From the human T2T-CHM13v2.0 reference genome, Homo sapiens, in the NCBI RefSeq assembly GCF_009914755.1, contig NC_060934.1: a stretch of 64,000 nt of DNA; one strand, written 5' to 3'. The notes under the pieces are model-generated. The model made no database searches. It saw nothing but the letters and a program-made list of their open reading frames with translations, and was not told the origin of the DNA. The stretch's first letter is position 1. The number at the start of each line of letters is the position of its first letter. The position numbers and the translations under genes were made by a program. Of this stretch, positions 40,860 through 56,300 are shown in pieces.

Positions 40860-41750
40860 ATTAGTCGATATAGTTCACGATGTTAACCTATTAAGAGAGG
40901 AAAAATCATATTATCTCACTAAATGCAGAAAAACATTGGAAAATCCTTATTTGTGATAAAAATTTTCAGCAAACTAGGAACACAAGATAAAATCTTCAGT
41001 TTAGTAAAGGGCATTTATTAAGACACCTACAGCTAATATATTAAATAGTGATGTATTGAATATTTTCCCCATATGAATGAGGACAAAGTAAAGATGTATG
41101 CTCTTAGTACTTAGCATCATAATTGAAGATTCTAGCCACTAGAGTAAGGCAAGAAAAATAAATAAAAGATTTACCTTTGGAAAGAAAGAAGTACAACTTT
41201 ATTTGAAGATGAGATGATTGTCTATGTAGAAAATTCTAAGTCACCTAAAAAATATTTGCTAGGAGTAATAATTGAATTTAACAAGGTTATAATTTATGTT
41301 GTCTATAAATAACAATTGTATTTCTGTGTATTAGCAACAACCAACTGAAAAATAACATTTAAGATAATTTTATTTACAAGACCACCACTAACATAAAATA
41401 TTTAGGAACATACTTAACAAAAGATGTGTAGACCTCTATACAGATAAATAAAAAACATTGCTTAGGTAAATTAAAGAAGATATGCATATATACATATGTA
41501 TGTGTGTGTGTATTCATATGTCTGTCTATGTGTGTATATGCATATATATTTTTCTTTGCATATATATATAAATATATATGTAAATCCATGTAGAGAGAGA
41601 AAGCAGAAAGTGTACTAGCACTGGCTAACTATATTATAGAGTAGAAGCCTAAATATAGTTAAGATGTTATTTTTCCCAGAATTGATATATTGATTTAAGC
41701 CAATCTTATCAGAGTCTGTATAGGCCCCCCTTTTTTTAAGAAATTGATTT
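40860..41750 (+). mobile_element. L1 ORF2 (RT region) segment in opposite orientation
   Basis: aatcatattatctcactaaatgcagaaaaa (NH.I.S..AEK) and gaagatgagatgattgtctatgtagaaaat (.DDMIVY.EN-like). Confidence 0.8.
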
Positions 41751-44029
41751 TCTTACTGATCAAGGTAAATGGTTTGGATTTAACACACTACTAGATGGAA
41801 CTCTGTTCCTTCTCAGGTAAAGTGATATGATGAAAATAGTGTTTGGAGAAGATTTTTCTGAAAATTATATGGAATGGATTGAAACAGAAGGAAGTCAGTT
41901 TCAGAGACTGGAAGCCCTTAAGTAATCCAGATCTTAATGGACAAGGATTGGGCTCATATAGCCATGGAAGGAAAGGAAAGGGTCAAATGTTTATTAAGAC
42001 TAACTATATGTCTTGGTACTATGCTGGAAATGTAAAGTGTAGCATATTTATAAAACCCTTTCAGTTTAAAGATGCATGTTCTTCAGGGGCTCTCAATCTG
42101 TGAGGGGGCCCTATATTATCAATAGTTACAAAATAATGTGCCATGACATGATGTGGTGGTGGAAGGTAGGAAGAGCTACAGGAAACAGATGAGAGCAATT
42201 AATGCGGACAGGTGGGTGTCAGGGAGGGCTGCAGAACAAAGATGGCATTTAAGCTGAACGATGGAGTCAACAGAGTTAGAAAATAGTGGGAAGGGAAATG
42301 CACAGAGGCATTAAGTGCTAGGCTGATTCAATAAATTGCACAAAATCCAATGTGACTGCATAACTCTTCTTTGGGGGTTGGCCAGAGATGAAGCTGGAAA
42401 AAATAGACTAGGATTGACTTTTGGTGGGTCTAGTGCCATCTAAAATCTTGTGTTGCCCACTTTTCTCTCTTTTCATATCATCAAAGTTGTAGATCTGTGT
42501 GTGTTTGTGCATGCCTGCACACACACATAACTCCAGAATCTTGACATTATTATACAATGAAGGAGAGGGAGTCCTATGAGCATCACAACATCACAATTCT
42601 ATCCACTTCCACTCTTGGCTTAAAGTTACATTCTACTAACATCAATGACCCATATTTCTGGGAGAGTTATGATGATTTGCACGCTGATTAGAGACTGTCT
42701 TTACAGGGAAGATTTCCTTTCCTTGTGAGATTTGCAATTGGGAATTAACCTGTTATGGACAAACTTTTTTGTGATCCTCTATTTTACTGTATTGGCAGCC
42801 TTATCAATGTGTTAGTTCAAAAATATTTGTGTAGCTTTCTCATCTACTTATTAGTCAACTTCTAATATGTAATATACATAAAGTATAAAGATTAGGGTAT
42901 CTGGGTTTTTTGAGTCTGGAGCCTTGCATTCCAGACTCAGAAACTTTTCTAATAAAGGGAGTTAAAGGCACAAAGGGTTAAATCTTTGTGGTCTTGGAAA
43001 AGAACTCAGATGAGTACACCAGTGCCTTTAGGGAATGTTTTAAGAGGTTTGTTTCCTTGTGAGTTATGGAATTTTCATCATAATAGTTCAGAGAAAGGAG
43101 GTCAGGAAGGAGTGGAGCAGCAGATATTCGGGAGAAGAAAAAGTAAAGACTGACTCATATTATGTAGGGTTTGCATGTGGGTGTATACACACTTAAATCC
43201 ATGTGCACCGTGTGCACGTGATAAGGGAAAAGGGAGGAAAGGATTGCTTAGGCAAAATGTTTTCTTTAATCTCTTTGCTGAGTGGGCCTTGGGGAAGAGA
43301 ATGCATAAGTAAATAACTGACCAATGTTGGTTGGTTGTTATATACAGATACTCAAAGGGACTCTATAAAACTCTAAAGAAGCAAATAGGGATATTAAATT
43401 CTATTACCAGTTTTGGCAGTTACTTTAGTGTCTCTTTTCCGTGATGGTGAAATTACTGAGTAACTTTTACTGTCTTTGATTGGATGAAATGTTCTTCTGA
43501 GGACTTCAGATGAATTCATGGTTATGCATTGTGTTTTCCTACTTTGTCTTTTGTTACCTGGTTCCCTTTATCTAAAGTCTCTTTTCCTTTTCATGAATAC
43601 AGGTAATTACTACCTTACTATAAAGTCCTAGCTCAAATACCCTATCATTAGACTTTACTGATCTCTTGGTTTGTAGCCATCTTACCTTCTAAACTCTATG
43701 GAATTCAACAGGTGCTTAACCAATAGGCAGTTAACTGATAAATTAGTTTTTGTTATTGTTGTTAAGTCACACCTCCTTTAAACACCTTTAATATGCTTGT
43801 ATTTCATATTTTTCTAACTTAACTATTCTTTAGAATTCCATTTGGCTTAGGAGAATAAAATTGGAAACATTCTAGGAATTAGTGACTATAACTTTCCCAC
43901 CAATGCAGGAATTTTCTATAGAGGTTTCTTGTTATTTCACTCTTCTGTACTCTTGGACAAGTCATTCAAGCATTCTGAGCCTTATTCCTAAAATAGGTAT
44001 GATAATAATACTACCCCCACCTTTTTAGT

Positions 44030-44480
44030 TTTAGTTAGGAAAAGATTTAGATGTGAGTGACAGAAAACCCAAGACAATGGTGGCTTAAACAAGATAGAAT
44101 TTTTTTTCCCTCCCCTAAGTCCCGGAAACAGGCAGTCAGGTTTCTATCTTGTTTTTTTTTTCCTATACATGACATTCATTCTCATGTTCACCTCACAATC
44201 TAAGATGGCTGCTCCAGCTCTGGCTATCATGCCTTTCTTCCAATCAGCAGCAGAAGAAAGAGGGGCAGGAAAAGGGCAGACTCTATTCCTTCAAGCTCTC
44301 TTTCCAGAAATTGCAAACCACTTTGCTTATATCTCTTTGGCTGTAACTTAGTCCCATGGCCACATCTAGCTGTAAGGGAGGCTAATAAAGGAATATCCAT
44401 ATGCTTAGGTCAAATTCAGAGGTTCTACTACTGAGGAAATGAGAACAGATTTTGGGGGGAAATTAGGAGTCTCTGCCACC
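44030..44480 (-). mobile_element. MLT1 (J/K-like) LTR inserted in a MIR
   Basis: gtgacagaaaacccaa...ggcttaaacaaga; aagatggctgctccagctc; catggccacatctagctgtaagggaggct. Confidence 0.7.
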
Positions 44481-44964
44481 CTACTGATAATGTTGTAAAG
44501 ATTAAATGAGATAGTATGTATTCTGTGCTTAGAACATGCCTGATAGATAATACATGCTCAGTATTAGGTCATTGTTTTTATAATTACCCTTGGTAGACAG
44601 TCATCCATTTTTACTCTGTCATTCTAAATTCTCTCTGTTTATTTGTTCAGCATATATTGAGCATCCCTGATGCTGAATAATGTGCCTCTGTTTAAATCTA
44701 TCAGTAACTGAAAGAAGGCCATCATCCAAGATAGCCCACCCTTTGTTGAAAAGCTCTAAAAGTTAGGGAAATCTTTATCAGACGGATCCAAAGCTTACCT
44801 CTCTTATAATTCATGTCTTAGTCCTGATCCTCCCTTTTGAAAGAATATGAGATGAGCCCATTTCCTCATCTCAATTCTTCAAATAAATAAAGATGGCTAT
44901 CAAGCCTCCCACATAGTTTTCTTGCTCTAACCATGCATTTCATTAATTCATTATTTATCTAGTA

Positions 44965-45187
44965 CATGGACTGGCAGACTTTTCTGTAAAGAGCCAGATG
45001 GCAAATATTTTCGGCTTTGTAGACCATATGGTATTTGTTACCACTTTTCAGCTCTACTATTATAATGCAAAAGCAGCTACAGACATGACATAAATAAATA
45101 GATGTGGCTGTGTTCCAATAAAATTTCATTTACAAAAACAGATGGCTTACCAGATTTGGGACTCAGTATGTAGTTTTCCAGCCCTTG
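44965..45187 (+). mobile_element. MER58A (hAT-Charlie)
   Basis: ttttctgtaaagagccagatggcaaatatttt...gtggctgtgttccaataaaatttcatttacaaaaacag. Confidence 0.85.
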
Positions 45188-46630
45188 ATTTAGCCCATGA
45201 AAACACCCATCAACAGGATTATTCCTGGCCCATAGTCCCCTCTCCTGAAGCTGAAAACTTACCCTGTCACTCCTGATTCTGCTTATACCTTTCATTTATT
45301 TTTCTTGTCTTAATGCTTTGGCTAGAATTTCCAGCAATTCTTGCATCTCCATAGATCTACTTCCTGGCCAGTCATTTCTTTAGTCATATTACCTATCCCC
45401 AAATATCTCAAGATTGGACATACTATCTTGACAGGTACCCTCTTGTTCTGCCATATTTTTAGCCCACACAACCTTTGACCTCTCCCAGGCTGGCACTTAT
45501 CCAATCTCCCCCATAAACCTGTTCACACTAAGAAAAGAAGAATCCCTTTTTCCATCTTTTTCTTCTTCAAACCCACTAGACTATGTTCTTCATTCAGTGC
45601 TTTAGGTTATCTTTAGCCAACAGTTGAATGCCACTATAACTCTAAATCTAACCTAACCTAGCCAGCTTCCCTTAAAAACAACCTAGAGCTGACCAAGAGT
45701 GAGTAAATAGAAAGTTAACAGTTATTGATGGGTCAGCTGCTGCTGACATACAAAATGTATATATATATTTCATCTCAATATTATAGATGTGGAAAGTATA
45801 TCTCAAAATTGATAATTTAATCAGCTCAGGATCATGCAGCTTAGATTTAAGGAGTTGATCCCAGATATAGAACTGAAATTAAAATTGGAGTGGACCTAGT
45901 GAAGGGTGTGTATCTGGTACAGTAAATTCAATGCCATTTCACTGATACAACAGAGCTGCCAGACCTTGGTTGTTCTTTCTTACCAAGATATTTCAAGGCA
46001 TAGAATAATAAACATTTGCCTTGAATTTTTGGATTTCAAAGTATTTCCTTCACAACCTGATGGAGTAGGTGATTTTATTTCTATTTTACAGAAGAAGAAA
46101 TCAAACCCCAAAGTGGTTAAAATTTTTACCTGAGATACCAGACCCCAATGTCTGACTGTTTTCTTTTTATGACTGCCCATATTTGCTCTTCCCTGAAAAC
46201 TCCACCCCACCTGTTTATCTAACTACTTCCTACTTATCTTTTGAAACTCAACTGAGTTGTCTTCTTGTGAAGGAAACCCTCCCTGGAAATCACTCCCACC
46301 CCATCAGCACTGTCTGCTTTAGATGTTCTTCCTCTGTGTTAATGCAGATTATAGCTCTATTTACACTGTACTTTGGTGACTTATCAGATGGTAAGGAAAT
46401 CCAGGACAAGATCCCTGCCTTATTTAATTGTGTACTCAACAAATATTTGCTGAATAAAGGAATGGTCTGAGATTGAACCAAGTCTAGTGCTCTATAAAGT
46501 CTGCTCCCTGTAATGTTGCTCATCCATGATTCATGATAGTAAGCTGGAGGCAAAGCAAAGACCATTGCTTCGATGTCTGTGTATATCCTCAGCCTTCCAG
46601 AGACAAAGCCACATATAAGATAAGCTTCTT

Positions 46631-46970
<340 letters not shown>

Positions 46971-47206
46971 CTAGCAGCCATGGGTCTTCATAGCTAGAAG
47001 ACATCAGAAACCCAAACCCATAGGGCTTCAGACTAGATGGAAGATAAAACAGCATAGTCTATGGCTAAGAGAAGAGATTCTGTAGTCAGTCTTCTTGGAT
47101 TTGAATCCTGTCTCAATCATTTTCCAGTGGAGGGATCTTTGGCAATTCACTTAGCTTTTCTTTGCTTTGGTTTCTACTCTTTCAAATGTGGATAGCAGAA
47201 ATTATT

Positions 47207-47708
47207 TGTATTAGTTATCTATCACTGTGTAGCATATTAGCCCAAAATGTAGTGGCTCAAAGCAATAAACATTTATCATCTCACAGTTTCTGTGGTCAGG
47301 AATTTGGGACGAGGCTTATCTGTCTGAGGGTCTGTCATGTGGTTGCAGTCAAGATATAGGTTGCAGATACAATCATCTAAAGCCTTGACTATAGCTGGAG
47401 GATCCGCTTCCAAGATGGCGCACTCACATGGGTGTTGTCAAGAGTCCTCCATACTTTCCACAGGGATCTCTTCTTACAATATGGCAGCAGATTACCCCCA
47501 GAGCATGCGAGAGAGGAGTAGCAAGGAGGAAGCTCCAATGACTTTCATGACTGATTCTCAGCAGTCATGTACTGTTCCTTCTACCACATTCCATACATTA
47601 GAGGGAAGCCACTAAGTATAACCCACATTCAAGGGGCGGGGAATTAGGCTCCACCTTGTGAAGAGAGGAGTATCAAAGAATTTGTGGACATATTTTAAAA
47701 CCATCACA
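47207..47708 (-). mobile_element. MLT1F-like solo LTR inserted in a MIR
   Basis: tgtattagttatctat start; gagtatcaaagaatttgtggacatattttaaaaccatcaca end. Confidence 0.85.
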
Positions 47709-47757
47709 CTATCTTGTAGTATTGAGTGAGAATTACACAAGATAATAATTGCAAAGT

Positions 47758-48228
47758 GGCCGGGCACAGTGGCTCACACCTGTAATTCCAGCAATTTGGG
47801 AGGCTAAGATGGGAGGATCGCTTGAGCCCAGAAATTCAAGACCAGACTGGGCAACATGGTGAATCCCTGTCTTTACAAAAAATACAAAAATTAGCCAAGC
47901 GCAGTGCTATAGTCTCAGCTACTTGGGAGGCTGAGGTGGGAGGATCACTTGAACCCAGGCTGGTTTTAAAATATGTCCACAAATTCTTTGATATTTCTCC
48001 TTTCAAAAGGTGGACCCTAATTCCCCTCCCCTTGAATGTGGGTTATACTTAGTAATTCCTTCTAACATATAGAATATGATAGAAGGAACAGTATGTGACT
48101 GCTGAATCCAGGAGGCAGAGGTTGCAGCAAGCAGTGATTGTGCCATTGCACTTCAGCCTGGTAACAGAATGGGACTCTGTCTCAAAATTATGATGATGAT
48201 GATGATATTTATAATTATAATAACAACA
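47758..48228 (+). mobile_element. Alu (AluJ-like) interrupted by a ~145-bp non-Alu insert (47961-48105)
   Basis: TSD ataattgcaaagt (47745) / ataattacaaagt (48229); Alu resumes at tgaatccaggaggcagagg. Confidence 0.9.
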
Positions 48229-49773
48229 ATAATTACAAAGTCCTTAGAACAGGACCTAAGCATCACCAAAAATGTTTTCCCCTTCTCCTCCTTTGAATTG
48301 CTTACCTCATGGGTAAGAAAGGACATATTAGCTGTCAATCTGAAGGCTTTGGCCTGAAAAATCTCTTTAAAAAATAGAGCAGATATTTGAATTCAAGTTA
48401 GTGCCATATGCCACTAAAATTATCTATATAATCTTGACCTGAAAAGTTGTTCATGGTGTGCTTTGAATTTTTAAAAGCAGGTACAGAACAGAATGACCAA
48501 CATTATCTGGTATTTGCATAGTTATACACATATATCTCTATGTATGTTGATGCATAGGGAGTGTTCTGGAAGGAGGTTTCTGAAAGTATTGATAATAGTT
48601 ATTGCTGTGTGATAGGATTTGTTAGGATGTTGAGCTAGGACACTGCTGCTCTGTGTGGGCTGGTTTATTCCCTGCAAAGAATATGATTTCTAGGGTTTCC
48701 AGTGATTTTTCAGAGTAGTTGTAGAGACATGAATATACTGGGAGCCTCTCACCCTTGAGGCTGTGTTTGTGCTTGAGGGAACACATATAGAAGGGATTAA
48801 GGGGTAGTTGATGACTCTTTGGGAAAAGAGGGTACGGGAGAAGCAAGGGGAAGAAAGACATCTATTTGTCAAAGAGCAAAGGCAAGGCAAAGCTGGTGTT
48901 GGCAGCAGAGCGTGACTGCTGATTAGTTTTCTCGGGAGCAACTGCTTCTCCTGGAAGGGAATGATATGCTCATCATGGGCACCTTCTAGTCCTATAGTGC
49001 CTTGTATATCCTTTATAATTGTGTTTCCACATTGGATAGAAATTTTTTTGATTCCCTCTCTCTACTAACAGAGTTACAAGCAGTGCAGGCTTGTTAGTGA
49101 TAAGTTATTTCAGCTTTATATGCCTGGAAAAGTTTTTACTTAATTTTTATTTGCAGAAGACATTTTTGCTGGGTATAGAATTTGAAGTTGACAGTAGTTT
49201 TTCTTTCAGTACTTTAAAGATTTGTCCACTCTCTTCTGGATTGCATTGTTTCTGATTAAAAGTCTGCTGTCATTCTTATCTTTGTGCCTCTTTGCTTAAT
49301 GTGCCTTATTTCTCTAGCTTCCTTGGCCTCCCTGAAGTCTTAACTATTTCTCTTCTACTCAGGTAAATTGTTGGATTTTATCTGAGTTTCCCTTCCTTGC
49401 CTTGTTGCCTGGAAACTTTCTAAGCAGTAAGCTAGGGCATTTATAGGGCTCACTTCTTTTTTTTTTCTTCTTTCAGACATCAATGTCTGTGTTGCTCGTT
49501 GTTCAATATCTGAAAACCACTGGGTTTTTTTCTGATTTTCTTTTTAGTTATTTAAGGTGGATGAATAAATCTTGCCCTTGTTACTCCATTTTGGCTGGAA
49601 GCAGAAGTTCTGAAACATTAAATAAAAAAAAAATACTAAAAACATAAAAACCAACTTCTGATTGCAAAAAAAAACCTTTTTTCTCAAAATTGTCTGTATC
49701 TTAGGATTGTGAGATCATTTTTTTAAAAACTCACTGAGTGCCACAGTGTTTGACATTATCTCTTTTCTTACAG

Positions 49774-51352
<1,579 letters not shown>

Positions 51353-51764
51353 TGAGTTTCTTTTTACCATTTCTTTAAACTTGCTTTTTTTTTCAAAAAA
51401 AAGTCCAAATTTCCATTGTCATAATTGATGAGAAATTTTAAGATCTGTCAAATTATGATTCTTAGGTTAAGCATTTGTGGTTATTGAAAACAGATACTCC
51501 AATTGATAGCTATCAAGATTGAGTTGATACTGCAACAACATAAAAGTGTGTCAGAAAATAATGTTATTGGGAGTGGAGGAATTAGGGAGATTTCCTGGTA
51601 GTGGAAAAATGGCTCCATTTGTTGCTTATCTGTTTGTGTTCTTTTGAGATAAATGCCTGGGTCCTGTTCTATGGTGTAGTTCATTATTGTTTTTAGGTCT
51701 CCAGACCTAACAGAACTTAATTCTGTTTTTTTTCATTTTCCAACTAATGGCCCCACTTCCTTCC

Positions 51765-52741
51765 CTCTTAAACTTTTTTATGCCCTGGATTCCTTTGGCA
51801 AAGTGATGAAACCTATGGATTCAGAATGATGTTTTTAAATGAATCAGATGAAATAGAAATCATCATAAAGGACAAGTTATGCGGATATACATTTATCATG
51901 ATTTTTTTAAATTAACCTGACAATTTAGGTGCTTCTTTATTAATACATTTAATAATAATATCTAGTTATGTGATAACTATCATAATTTCAAAATAGAATT
52001 AGCCCTCATCTGTATCCACAGATTCAACCAACTGCATATAGAAAATATTTTTGTAAGAAACAAAAAATAACAATATAACAATAAAAAATAACACAGATTT
52101 TACAATCTAATACACTGTAACACTATTTACATAGTATAAGGTATTCTAAGTAATCTAGAGAAGATTTAAAGTATACGGGAAGATGCATGTATGTTATATG
52201 CAAATACTAGGCCATCTTACATAAGGGACTTGAGCATTCTTGAACTTTGGTGTTCGAGGGGGTAGGGGGCAGTTCTGGAACCAGTTCCTCTGAGCTATTG
52301 AGGGATAATTGTAGTGATGAATATAAGTCCTTATATTCATAAGTATAGATTGTATACTTATGCATATATTGGATTATGTATATATACTTATGTATATATA
52401 GTATGGATTTCTTGAAATTTTCTCAATTTTAGCACTGTAAATTCCATGTCCTGGAAAACCCTTCAGACCAAACCAGAGCAGTCGATCACCCTAAATATCA
52501 ATAACATTTTAGGATATCTATCACAACTGTAATAGGATATGGAAATATCTGTGACTTCTATTGGTGACAAGATCACAGTTACTATTACTACTACTGAAGT
52601 TTGTTGCTTATATTCAGAATTAAAGGAAATGCTAAATTTCCTTTTTGAGATTAATGAAAATAATGAATCACTTTTTTTTCCTCAACCAGATTTCCAGGTC
52701 CTCTGAATTCTATCCACAGTCTCCCCTCTTTAAGAATCCTG
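51765..52741 (+). mobile_element. Charlie4a-like hAT transposon with nested MER2 (~51998-52311, -) and MER81-like (~52400-52493) inserts
   Basis: Charlie motifs (cctttggca...aacctatgga; gaaatatctgtgacttctattggtgacaa; ttaagaatcctg end); MER2 core tctagagaagatttaaagtatacggga; Blackjack-type end gatcacccta. Confidence 0.7.
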
Positions 52742-52994
52742 CTCTGGAAATACACATGATCAGGCTGCCTGCTCTCAGACCTTATCTGTACATCTGAGGA
52801 CAGTGCCATGTGCCATCTTGGATTTTTTTATCCTGAAAACTCTTGCTTCCTTCAGTCATTCTCTATGTGAAACTGTTTCTAGAACTCTCACATTCCAATT
52901 TTTCATAAGTCCTTTAAAACCTGACCCTAGAAATAAGCACCTGGTCTAGAGAAACATCATTTTTATTGAAATATAAGTGCTATATTTTTACTTT

Positions 52995-53018
52995 CATCAT
53001 CATCATCATCATCATCAT
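52995..53018. repeat. (CAT)8 microsatellite
   Basis: Direct reading. Confidence 0.9.
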
Positions 53019-53375
53019 TGTATTAGTCTGTTCTCATGCTGCTAATAAAGACATAGTCAAGACTGGGTAGTTTACAGAGAAAAAGAGGTTCAGTGGACTC
53101 ACAGTTCCACATGGTTGGGCAGGCCAAACAATCATGGCAGAAGGCAGAAGAGGAGCAAAGACATGTCTTATATGGTGGCAGGCAAGAAATCATGTGCAGG
53201 GGAACACCCATGTATAAAACCATCATATCTTATGAGACTTATTCACTACCATGAGAAAACTATAGGGGAAACCGCCCCCATGATTCAATTATCTCCACCT
53301 GGCCCTGCCCTTGACACATGGAGATTATTACAATTTGAGGTGAGATTTGGGTAGGGACACAGCCCAACCATTTGA
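53019..53375 (-). mobile_element. THE1 solo LTR
   Basis: tgtattagtctgttctcatgctgctaataaagacat ... gggacacagcccaacca; TSD atcat/gtcat. Confidence 0.92.
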
Positions 53376-56300
53376 GTCATCAATCAGGGTAGCTAACATT
53401 TATTGAGCATTCAACAAATGCCAGATATTGGGCTAAATAATTTACATATTCCATGTTGTACAATCATCTTAACTACCTTAGGATTTTGATATGATAATTA
53501 ACACTTTTATTGCTAAGCAAACTGATTTCCTGAGAAATTATGTACCTCATCAAGGTTACTTAGCTAGTAAGTGAAATAACTAAGATTTAATCCAGGCAGC
53601 TGACACTCCTAGGTGGTTTCTTAAGATCCAGAAAGGAATAAAATTCAGAGGAAGCTTTTAAAAGAACGGAAGAATTCTGTTCGTTTCAGCATCTGTTGAT
53701 TGAGTGACCCCATTCATTGATGCTCACGGTATCTCAGACTTGGCCATGTTAGGTATGGTGATTGTAAACCTGCTTACACGTCACAGTCACTGTCCAGACC
53801 CCTCCTCAGGCCCTTTGAATCAGAATCACTGGGGTAGGGCACAGCATGAATATTTTTTTCAAAGTTCCCTTGGTGATTCTATAGATTCTATGGAGTTGGG
53901 AACCATTGGCTAGGAGTTTAAACAGAGCTCTTTGCTTTTTGATCAGGACATTTCAGGAATATTTGCCTTTCCCTAAAAAAGACACTGCTTGGGTTCTTAG
54001 GAACATTTGGGCTGACCTGGGAACCTGCCTGAAAAGTGAAAGCCTGCAGGTCCTTCTCTATACAGTTGACCACTCACCCCAGCCAGTGTCTAAGGATGTG
54101 TTTCTGTGTCTCTTGACCTGATTCCACATGAAACCTGAGTCACAGACAAGGAGCCCCTCACCAGCATGCCTGTCCTGCTCAGCACTAGATGACTTGCACA
54201 GCATCTCCCTGCCATGAAACTGCTGCTGAGAGCAACGTGTCATCTTAGTTAAAAATGCAGTGGTTTAAAAAATCATGTACACTCGAACATTAAGAGCACA
54301 ATCGAAATTTAAATATAGCAAAGTGAATGGAAATAGGTTGCTTTAGAACCTTTATCATTGTTTCCCTATGAGGGTTGTGAATCGGGTGTAAATTTCAGAA
54401 TAATTTTTGGTATGCCTATACCCTCCTCCAGTTTCTTCTTTTCTATAGCCCTGCTGCTGTTTCTTCTGAGCTTGTTCACTGGTCCCCAGCTCAAACCTGC
54501 CCTTGTTCATCAAAGGCCTGGGATGGTTAATTTCTAATTGAAAAGGACAAAAGGGATGATGCAAATTGTCTCTTCCCTGCTTCTTAGTCTCTGGAGGCTG
54601 GGAGAGGTTGCCACACCTGTCAGAGTAGACTCCAGGAACTTTTATCCCCTTGGTCTGAGCAGGCTTGGAGGAGGCTATTGGCATTTTTATTAACCATTAA
54701 GATGCGGCTGGGGAATAGGCTGGTTGTCCTGTCCTTTCTTAAGGGAGATTTCTAAAGGGGGGGCCCTTTCTGAATATTCAAACCACACCATATCAGCAAT
54801 GAATCAGTATTTTCTAAGGTATGGTGTTCTGTATATCTTGTTTTTTAGTTTAGAATCTGGTAGAAATTCTCAAAAGTTGCACAGGTGAATTATAACTAGT
54901 TTTTCCCAGCTCCTATGAATTACTTCCTTCAAAGATGCGGATCTTAATGATATGCTCCTTTTCCTGTGTTTTGGTAATTACATATGTGTCCGTTCTGGTT
55001 CCTCAATCAGATTGTAAATCGATTAAGGACAAGAAATAAGTTCTGCATTATTTTACTCTCCATAATGCAAGCATAATGCCAAGTATACAGAGAATAAGGG
55101 CAATGTAATGGTTACAAATACAGTCTCTGGAGTCAGTCGACCTGAATTTAAATTGTGACCCTCACTCCATCACTGACTGGCCATGTGAATTCTGGTACAC
55201 AGTTTGACCTCTTTGTTTCTAATTACCTTTTTTATAAACTGAGAATAATGGTGTTATTGTGGCGTTAAATGAGATGCTACCCACCACACAGTTCTAGCAA
55301 GGAGTGAGTGCTGCTCTGCTCACTCTGGCCACTGTGGATATGCTTTGTCGAGAACACATTTCCACCACCTTCTGCTGTGTGTCTTCTCACTCAGGGATGT
55401 TTACAGTGGTATGAATTTGAATTCATGTTTCTCAATCTATAATGAGGTAGTTTGAACAATCCTTCCCACACATTTAAAGAATGTGCTGTTTGTACAATTA
55501 ATTCCTTGGCCCTCACATTAAACATTTTTTTTTCTTGGATACCTTGGTCAGAATGACCCATTTAATTTATATTTGCACAGCTGTGTAGAGAAGATTGGCT
55601 TTGAATGGAAAACATTAATGAAGATTAATGCTTGCTGACATACTAACTACTGGTATCCTCCTTCTCCTCCTCATAAGAAATTAAAACCCTATCCCTTATC
55701 CAGTTACAGTCATACTCCCTCTCTCCTGCTCTGAAATAAGACAGGATATTTTGATGGGTGGCTAAAGTCTCCAAGCTAAAGATTGGTTAGGGGTGTTTTT
55801 CCTTTAAAAAAAAATTCTCAACCTGCCTGAATTTTGAGGAGTTTAGATACATATAGTTATCTTGAATGTGAAGTACAAGAAGTTTCTGCTTCTGCCTTGC
55901 TGGAATTGCTCATGTAACCTGAGATCCACGTGCACTCAGAGAATGTGAAGGTGCCAGGGCAGAAATTCCACTGGCTCCTGTATTATCACTTTACTTATTT
56001 CCCTTCTTTGTTCCACAAGATTTACTGTACAAGAATATGTATGACAAAATAGAAAAAAAACTCAGATACACTAAAGAGTAAAAAACAAAGAATAAAAATG
56101 TAAAGATTGAATAAAAAAATTTTACATCAGTCTAGAAAAGCTATAATTTAAAAAGGAAGGTCAAAAGCAGCTTCTGTATTGCTGCTTCTTATTCTGCTTT
56201 CTTCCTTTTAAAAGTTGCCTTTCTTCTTCATACTTTACTCTCAAGAACAGAAAATTAAACCTAACAGGCAATTTTTTTTTAGTGTTTCACAAAAATGCCT

